Notes under the pieces: model-generated
Databases searched by the model: none
Told to the model about the DNA's origin: nothing
The model's input: the letters and a program-made list of their open reading frames with translations, nothing else
Position numbers and translations under genes: made by a program
Shown here: piece by piece, positions 56,630 to 64,000 of the stretch
Layout: each line of letters begins with the position of its first letter
Numbering within the stretch: the first letter of the stretch is position 1
Assembly: GCA_000004985.1 (NCBI GenBank)
Contig: GG738915.1
DNA: 64,000 bases
Reading direction: 5' to 3' (one strand)
Source: Naegleria gruberi
Taxonomy: Eukaryota

Positions 56630-58391
56630 TTAATTATTAACTATTTGATAATCGGAGGAGGAATTATTATGATCTGATAAGAGAGATTCCTTATTTGAAT
56701 TAGAAACGGAGTGTGTCTCTTTCTTTTTACAACAACAATAGAAATTAGAGAATTCTTCTGAATCAAACTCAACATAACTCAAACAGAACAAGAAAGAATG
56801 AATGAAAAACATGTGAATGACAGAGTAGAAGAATCCAATTTCACCCAGGGATACATTTAGAAGGTTGATGATCATAATTCCAACGTTATAAAGGAATAAA
56901 CAACTCATGCCAAGAATTGACAATTTCAAACTCTTCAGATTGTGTTAACATATTTAAATATTGAACACATTAACAACTTACACTAGAGTGGAAGAGGCTC
57001 ACTTCTGTCAGCCTTCTCAACATTAAGAAAATGAAAATTATAAAGACTCCAAATATTGTTGGCAGGGCTATTCCAACAGCAAATAAGAAGGCTGACAGAT
57101 TCCTGTACCTATCGAGTAGATCAGTACTTGAAGTTATAATAATTACAAAAAGTGTAACTTCCAACACGAGTGCAAGAATTAAAACACAATATGTGATGAA
57201 AGGAGAGAGTATCCTTTTGTACTTGAACGAGTAAATTGTTCTCAGCCATTGTAAAACAACTGAAAGTAAGGTTTGTGTGATAAAAATCAGAGCCATACTC
57301 GTAAAAACAAGGACATAAATTTCCTCTGAAAATATGAGAAGCATACTGGCCATTAAATATGAAAATTCTGTCAGGCATATGAAGAGTGAAGTAAGTATTT
57401 TCATGTGTTGTCTCCTTAAATCTTTGAGTTTAGGTAGGAAAATCAAAACAATTGTTATAATAAAAAATAGAGCCATGAAGAATAAGTAAGCAAACTTTAC
57501 ACCAAGTCTGAAATTAGAAGTCATATAGTTATTGTTACATTTGAAAGAGAAGTACTCATTGTTTAAATTTCCAACACAATTACAAATATAGCAATATTGG
57601 CTTGAATATTGATTTGGAAGAATAGATGTTGTGTCCACAATTATTGGTAGTCCCAGCTCTTCAAATCCACAATAACTGATACTCGATGGAAAATATCTAA
57701 TCATTTTTTGAACTATTGGATCCACAATTGAACGAGTGTCCAAATTCCTTATGGGGGTGTCACTGCAATAATTGCAGAAATTAATCCACTCATAAATAGT
57801 TGTTTGGTTTTTAGTAATTCTATTAATTCTGGAAATGATATCATTTTCTGTTGAATTGAACAGCAAATCTCCACAAGTTATATTCAGTTTCGTCTCCCAA
57901 AATTTAATCTTTTCACATAAATTATATTTTCCATAAGGCGTAAAGTAAAACTCTCCATATAGATTAGAAAGCACACCAATATGAGAGATTGGAACGTGAT
58001 AACTTCTCGATATTTTAACTTCGTTACATTTGAAATCTCCATACTCTGAATTTCTAATAACCTCATTAGCAAATTTACTTTTATCCATCAAGATTTCATC
58101 CACATTCACACAATCAACAAAGTTACTTCCAATCGATCTCAAAGAATGATTTCCTTTTTCAAAGAACTTATTCTCGCTCCACATATTAACAGTTGAATGA
58201 TCACGTCCATTCCTATTGATCGTCCTAATTTCATTCCGATACAGTTGATAAAATAACATAGAGGGTGAATAGCATTCTGCCTTAAATAACATGACGATAA
58301 TTGCCATCATCAAGACGAATATTAAAACAAAATAACTTTTCAAAGATAATTGAATGTTCTCTCCACCTCCTCGGACGAGATATCTCATCAT
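56630..58391 (-). CDS. 7TM receptor-like membrane protein with N-terminal signal anchor and about 270-aa Cys-rich, N-glycosylation-site-rich ectodomain; 2 exons
   Basis: E1 is 56982..58391, the intron is 56933..56981 (49 nt, donor GTAAGT, acceptor CTGAAG) and E2 is 56630..56932. The junction is phase 0 (...FHSS|SLKLSILGM...). The spliced product has seven hydrophobic helices after the ectodomain, five in E1 and two in E2. About 574 aa. Confidence 0.7.
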
Positions 58392-58439
58392 TTTTTTTAA
58401 AAGGAAATACGCAAGCGTGATAAAGTATTATGTGTTAGT

Positions 58440-59249
58440 TTAATAAATGTACATTCTGTTGGTGGTTATGAAAACGGCATTGTAATAGTCCAATAATTCA
58501 GATCCGAAAATTCCCTCAACACCCTTAAAACAAGTCACCATGTAGGAGAGCTCACTAGGTAAGATGCCAAATTTCATTGTAAGATTGGCTGTTCCTTGGA
58601 ATAATTCACTCGAGTTTGAATCGCTATTTACAGTTACTGGAAGAGAGTAGAAATGTCCAACAAATTTACCAATTGATGGATGGAAATCGTCTTCCTCACC
58701 CAAATATCTCACTCCATTCACAGTGGAGCCATCAGTTGGAATTGAATCAAACCACTTCTCTGATCCATATGATAATTTAGCTCCAGTATCAAAGTACATT
58801 TTCACCTTTTTGAATGGAGTTGTTACTTGCATGATTGGCAGTGTCATTATTCTCTCCAGTGGAAAGCTAACCATTTCACAATCTATCGAATTAGCAGTGT
58901 TATGATTTTCCAACAACTCTGGTTCTGTTACTTGAGAACTGTAAAATGTCATTTTGGTTTTTCTAATCTCATAGCTGAAATTGCACAGGACATCATTACC
59001 AATAAGATAATCAAGTCCATGACCAATAAGCTCTCCAATTTTATGTGTTGATGCACCAAAAACAGGACTCTGCGAACTGAGGAAGGTGCACCCACCAAGC
59101 TCTAGATTCTTATGAGACGAAGAAAGAGTAACAGGAGAACCTGTATCAATCAATGCATACAAGACTGGGTCGTCTTGATGTTGTGGTATTTCAATAATGA
59201 CATGTCCATCTACAAAGAGCACTTTATAGCTTGTAATTGATCTGATCAT
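58440..59249 (-). CDS. Pepsin-like (A1 family) aspartic peptidase, compact, 269 aa
   Basis: Two catalytic D-T-G motifs: ALIDTGSPVTL in the N-lobe and MYFDTGAKLSY in the C-lobe. Confidence 0.65.
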   Translation of the reverse strand: MIRSITSYKVLFVDGHVIIEIPQHQDDPVLYALIDTGSPVTLSSSHKNLELGGCTFLSSQSPVFGASTHKIGELIGHGLDYLIGNDVLCNFSYEIRKTKMTFYSSQVTEPELLENHNTANSIDCEMVSFPLERIMTLPIMQVTTPFKKVKMYFDTGAKLSYGSEKWFDSIPTDGSTVNGVRYLGEEDDFHPSIGKFVGHFYSLPVTVNSDSNSSELFQGTANLTMKFGILPSELSYMVTCFKGVEGIFGSELLDYYNAVFITTNRMYIY

Positions 59250-59720
59250 TTTTTTTGCTTGTTATTGTCTGTTTTCATTCCAATGAATTGTTCTATTTTT
59301 AATGGAAAACTGATAACGTGCTGGAAAATGGTTCCGAGGTGTTGGCACGTCATTTCTATTAATGTAAGGTTCACTGCTGAAGATGGAACTAGCGTTTTTA
59401 AATTTGTTAAATCTTTACAAAATATTAAATAGTGTTGACAAATGCATACCCAAAGTGAACACCAGTATTGTTACATTTCATTCAAAAGGGTCATTGTGTT
59501 AACGTTGGTGGCGCTGATTCTCCAACACAACGACAAGAGATTCATAAATAGAAGTGTGAAACTGCAATAATGTATTACTCGATAGATTTATATGTACAAT
59601 TGTTACAAAGTAAAATAGTTTCCAGTTTAATACTTCTCCACACTAATTTACTCCAATAAAGTTCCATCATATCATTACTTTTGTTTTCCTTAGTGAAGCA
59701 CAAAAAGAATGATAGTCCAG

Positions 59721-61490
59721 TTAATGGGTTTGGTTCTTCTGTTTGGCAACATCAGCCATATATCTGGCAATTTGTTCACAAATTTCTTGGTCTGGGGTAT
59801 TGAGATACTTGAACACAAATGCGTGACTTAATAAATCTCTACATGAGTATCTATCTTCAGGCGATACTTTGAGGCAATTCTTGATAAAGTCTTCAAATAC
59901 TTCTGAATATCCCTTTCCTTCGAGTGGGTTCTTCGTTTCTACATTGTTAATTTCGTCCATTACATCGAAATAGGAACCAGATTTGAATGGGAATTCGCCC
60001 AATGCTAACTCCACCAATGTCACACCCAGAGACCAAATATCACTATTGTAGGAGTGAGGTTTTTCATTAATTCTCTCAGGTGACATGTACATGATTGTTC
60101 CTTGACATGTATTCCATACGTGTTGATTTCTTAGTCCGTATTTTCCTCCTTCGGTTACTTGGTTATTCTTTTTAAAAATACCTGTCAAACCCATATCACT
60201 AATTTTCACTTCACCATTCAGCTTGATGAGGATATTTGCTGGTTTCTATTTCAATATAAATTAAATAACAATTTCAATAAAATTATTACATACCAAATCT
60301 CTATGTACAATCTTTTTTCTAAAATGTAAGAAATACAAGCCTTTCAGCACTTGGAATGTAATCATTTCCAAAATTCTTTCTGGAATTTTAATTCCAGCAA
60401 GGGACTCTAAGGAGTTTCCATCCATATACTCTAATAAAATATTAATCTTATTATCTGCAAAGTTGGCATTGTAGAGCCTCAAAATGTTCGAACATTCAAC
60501 ACAATTATATAAAGTTGTAATTTCAGATAAAATTAATTTAGGTTGAATATCCTTTGCTAATTTGACAATCTTTTTGGCATATAATTTTCCAGTGTTATCT
60601 TTGACCAATTCAACTGTGGAACTTGCACCTTCTCCGAGTTTCTTAATAGTTTCCAAATCAGAAAATGACACAGAAGTAATCTTCTTTTGGCCATGTTTCT
60701 TCCTTTCAAAATGTAACAGATTGGCACCATTGGTTTGGTTCATGAAACGACTGGATTTTGTTGGTGAGGTGATAGATTCCAAATGATGTGTAGCTTTAAA
60801 TGGTGATTGGGATTGTGTTTGGGTACAAATTGTTGATGGCATATTTGTGATACCCTCCTCTGTAATTTTAACATCATCAATCCAAAAAGCACCAGAGGCA
60901 GTTATTTCATAATCTACTTGGGAGTAAGTGCCTTCATCATTTTTAGGTGGTGGTTTCAGTGGTTCTTCTGCTTTCGTCTCAACAACTTCTGCCTTGGTAG
61001 CGTTCAATAGTAAATTTGTTGGTTTGAATTTCTTTTGTTTCTTCTTCTTTTCAATTTTACCTTTTGGTTTATCCACGTTGTTTTGAATTTCTTCTGCCTT
61101 TGCTTCAATAATTTGTTTCTTGCCCATGCTCTCTCTCATGTGAGAGGAAAAGGATGGTGTGGAATTGTTATTGGCATTACTACTATTAACATCCACCGAG
61201 TGATTGGAATTATTAGCATTCAAGTCATCACTAGCAATCATTGCTGAGAAGAAAGTACTGGATGATCCCGATGAAGTTGGGGTAGGTGTTGAAACAAGCA
61301 TCGGATCATTGAATAAATCTAATTCTCCACCATCATTAACTGTTGTTGATGTTGCAGGTGTTTTCATATCAGTGAAGGATGCAAACAAATCCTTGGCAAA
61401 TTTGTCATCAAAAAACGTGTTGGATTTGTTGAGAGGTTGTTTCTGATTCTTGTCAGGACTATTGAAAAATTGGTTTATCATTTTGATCAA
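59721..61490 (-). CDS. STE7-like dual-specificity protein kinase (MAP kinase kinase-like) with long Ser/Asn-rich N-terminal region; 2 exons
   Basis: The upstream exon is 60294..61490, the intron is 60246..60293 (48 nt, donor GTATGT, acceptor GAAATAG) and the downstream exon is 59721..60245. The junction lies between HRDL and KPANILI, phase 0. Motifs: LGEGASSTVELV, YAKKIV, HRDLKPANILI, ISDMGL, MSPERI and DIWSLGVTLVELALGEFPF. Confidence 0.8.
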
Positions 61491-61883
61491 TGTGTTATTA
61501 CAAGAAATTCTTTCAAATATTATAATTATTACTATTGCACTATGAATATGTTCTTTTGTTACAGATTTAGAAGAACATGTGTTGCCGAGCTATTTTTATA
61601 TAAATGTAAAAAATTGAAAGCCTCCTCGATTTTCAATATTTTTTTCTTTAGACATATACAAGTTCCAAACGCCACTCGAACAGGATGTTCAAAGCTTTTT
61701 CTTCAGAAACACATGATCATTGATAATAGTTAGATTTGGAATAGATATTTTGATCTAAGAAGCAGTGTACACCAATAAATATGAAAATAATGAGCTTTAT
61801 TCTACTACACATGTACGTAATAGATGAATTTCAACAATTTTGACTTTATACCCATTACACTCTGTTATTTAGTTGTGACAACT

Positions 61884-63737
61884 TTATTTTATTTTGAGTT
61901 TCTCTTCCAACTCCTTGACTCTTTTCTTTAATTCCACAATTTCGTGTTTGAGTTGTTCATTCTCTTCAATAATTTGAGGAATATCCTTTAACTCACTTAT
62001 ATCCTTGTAATTATCCATTTCCTTAAGAATTTGATGAATTGGAATACTGTCACCTTTCAAAAAACCAATTACTTTGGATAGAATAGTCATGTGTGTGAAA
62101 CAGTTCAATCTTTTGGATGCATCTTTTTGAATCATGGTAATTAAACATTTCACTAAAACAACATTCACTCCCAACTCAGGATCAACATGTTGATCAATTT
62201 CTTTTTGAATTGCATGATGCAACTTCTTTTCCCTCAATAAATCTGTCAATACCAAATAGAAATAACTTCCATTATCTTTGAAATATTGATACTCTCCACC
62301 ATATTTTTGAAAATTAGAATCTTCCAAGAATTCTCTGTCCAACCTCAAACTGCAATCTGTCAAAAGTTTCAATAACATACATCCCAGTGAGAATACATCA
62401 CATGAAGTGGTAATATTTCCAATATTGTGAGCAAGTTTTTCACCATCCAGTAACATTTCTTCGTAATTATCATGTGAAACTTCAGGTGACATGTATGCAA
62501 ATTTTCCAACTGTTAACGTGATTGAGTTACCAGTCTTGATCACTTTGGCAATATCGAAGTCAATAATTTTGTAATATTCTTTCATTTTCACAACATTTTT
62601 AGGATCCAAATCTCTGTGTGAAATGTTATGGTCATGAATTGATTTCACTGCTTGTAAAACTTTAGTAAATATAGTCAACCTTTCAATCAGAATTCCTTTT
62701 GAAATGGATGCTTGTTTTTGATGTACTGTCCTTTTTCTATCGATATAGTCTGCAAGTGTTTCTTCTCCCAACTCCATAATCGAATACATGTAATTGTCAA
62801 TTAAATTACATTCATAACACTTAATTTTTCCTTCAATGTCATTTCTTCTGATAAATTGAATTCGTTCGCGAGATGACACTTCATCATATTCCTTCTCAAA
62901 CTTGATTTTAATGGCAATCATTTCATTAATCTTCTTACTAAATGCTTTTAATGCAACTCCTTCTCCTCCATGACCTAATACTGATATCATATCATATTCC
63001 TTGTTGGAGTAGTAATCGAATTGAGTAATTACTCTAATAATTTTTGAGAAATCTCCTCCAAGTTGTTTGTACTTTGTTAATACTTGTTTGTGATCTTCAA
63101 ATGTTTTGGCATTGCTTGTCCATTCATTGAAAAAGCAAAGTATTGTTCCAATCTCTTTAGTGAAATAATTTAATGTTTCAAACTTGGATGAAATATCCTG
63201 AATTATTGTTCTAATCTTGGAATAATTGGTTTGTTTCATTAAGGTTGATTGATTTTCCTCTAAAAATCTATCCAGTTTAAAACAAAACAAATAGTAATCA
63301 ATTGTCTTGATCGCACTACTTGAATGATTAACAGTTGGCTCTATAGAACACAGATTTTTCAGAATTTGTAAAATAATCATCTTTTCCATAAATTGGATTG
63401 AGTACGATCTTTGATTTAGGTTGAATATTGAAGTAATAGATTTGGGAAATGTATCTCGTAATTGTAAACAATAGTACAAATAGGATTCATCACCAAAATT
63501 ATTAGAGTACATTCCTATTAAATCTCTTGATAATTTGGTCAAGGTTGAATCGTTCTTAGATCTTTCAAATACAGCAAACCATTTTGAATTACTATTTTTT
63601 GCCTTTTCTTCATCAACTTGTGAGAGTGAGTACTGAAATGACAAATCGGACAATAAACTATCATCTGCAAACTCAATGGTAGACCGTGGGAGGTGAGAAG
63701 GATTGACAAATATTTTTATAAAAAATTTAGAAGTCAC
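61884..63737 (-). CDS. Protein kinase with about 250-aa N-terminal domain of unknown function and C-terminal coiled coil
   Basis: 617-aa ORF. Kinase motifs: LGHGGEGVALKAF, AIKIKF, HRDLDPKNVV, IIDFDIAKV, MSPEV and DVFSLGCMLLKLL. The C-terminal EENEQLKHEIVELKKRVKELEEKLKIK is a heptad coiled coil. Confidence 0.75.
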   Translation of the reverse strand: MTSKFFIKIFVNPSHLPRSTIEFADDSLLSDLSFQYSLSQVDEEKAKNSNSKWFAVFERSKNDSTLTKLSRDLIGMYSNNFGDESYLYYCLQLRDTFPKSITSIFNLNQRSYSIQFMEKMIILQILKNLCSIEPTVNHSSSAIKTIDYYLFCFKLDRFLEENQSTLMKQTNYSKIRTIIQDISSKFETLNYFTKEIGTILCFFNEWTSNAKTFEDHKQVLTKYKQLGGDFSKIIRVITQFDYYSNKEYDMISVLGHGGEGVALKAFSKKINEMIAIKIKFEKEYDEVSSRERIQFIRRNDIEGKIKCYECNLIDNYMYSIMELGEETLADYIDRKRTVHQKQASISKGILIERLTIFTKVLQAVKSIHDHNISHRDLDPKNVVKMKEYYKIIDFDIAKVIKTGNSITLTVGKFAYMSPEVSHDNYEEMLLDGEKLAHNIGNITTSCDVFSLGCMLLKLLTDCSLRLDREFLEDSNFQKYGGEYQYFKDNGSYFYLVLTDLLREKKLHHAIQKEIDQHVDPELGVNVVLVKCLITMIQKDASKRLNCFTHMTILSKVIGFLKGDSIPIHQILKEMDNYKDISELKDIPQIIEENEQLKHEIVELKKRVKELEEKLKIK

Positions 63738-63941
63738 TCAAAAAACAAAAATTTGTTAAAGTCGAGCCGAAGGTTTATTGGACCAAGAGTGAGACAGTGT
63801 GTTCAAAGTATCAATTACCACTTGTTCTTCTAGAAACAAGTACTTCTGGGTTCTTGTACATGAACCTTCGCTTTAATGTACCAACAATTTCAAGTAAATG
63901 GGCAGGCACTTATCTAGATGATGTTTTGGTGAGGTGAATGT

Positions 63942-64000
63942 AGTAATGGCTGGTGAGGAAGGAAGCAAAGGGAGAACTCTCCTCATGGTGGCTTCTCAAG
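63942..64000 (+). CDS. Possible 5' end of a gene running off the window (MAGEEGSKGRTLLMVASQ...)
   Basis: An ATG at 63942 opens a frame that stays open to the window edge. It is preceded by a relatively GC-richer 150-bp stretch (63780-63940) that looks like a 5' UTR. Only 19 codons are visible. Confidence 0.2.

Noticed and set aside
1-64000. Search for tRNA, rRNA, snRNA or CRISPR-like repeats
   Set aside because: I scanned for GTTCGAAT/GGTTCGA T-loop-like boxes and for regular direct repeats. The only hit, ggttcgac near 14562, lies inside cyclase coding sequence, and no spacer-repeat arrays were seen. I cannot exclude small ncRNAs without covariance models.

Overview
AT-rich (roughly one-third GC) nuclear DNA from a eukaryotic microbe. 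It reads in the standard genetic code and is very gene-dense: about 27 protein-coding genes in 64 kb, on both strands, with short intergenic spacers. Most genes have zero to four very short spliceosomal introns (41-131 nt; GTAAGT/GTATGT donors, YAG acceptors), often just after the start codon. The gene content (MORN-repeat protein, dynein heavy chain, PACRG, receptor-type nucleotidyl cyclase, fungal-type Zn2Cys6 regulators, several kinases) fits a flagellated amoeboid protist such as a heterolobosean; that is an inference, not a database match. The provided ORF track starts ORFs at TTG/GTG/CTG as well as ATG, so I re-derived true starts and exon junctions by hand. I found no rRNA, tRNA or CRISPR. 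The most unusual items are: (1) a 5'-truncated >1000-aa single ORF that fuses an ARO8/AADAT-like aminotransferase, a phosphopantothenoylcysteine-synthetase-like domain, a class II aldolase/adducin-like domain and a SAM methyltransferase; (2) a 500-bp non-autonomous DNA-transposon-like element with 13-15 bp terminal inverted repeats and a perfect 8-bp target-site duplication; (3) two single-base homopolymer frameshifts that break otherwise intact genes (the ~4270-aa dynein heavy chain and a TPR gene); (4) a tandem pair of paralogous putative transcription factors where only the downstream copy keeps the Zn2Cys6 cluster; (5) a two-transmembrane receptor-type adenylyl/guanylyl cyclase with an extracellular sensor domain. 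All product calls rest on motif recognition by eye; exon coordinates were derived manually and are marked tentative where uncertain.
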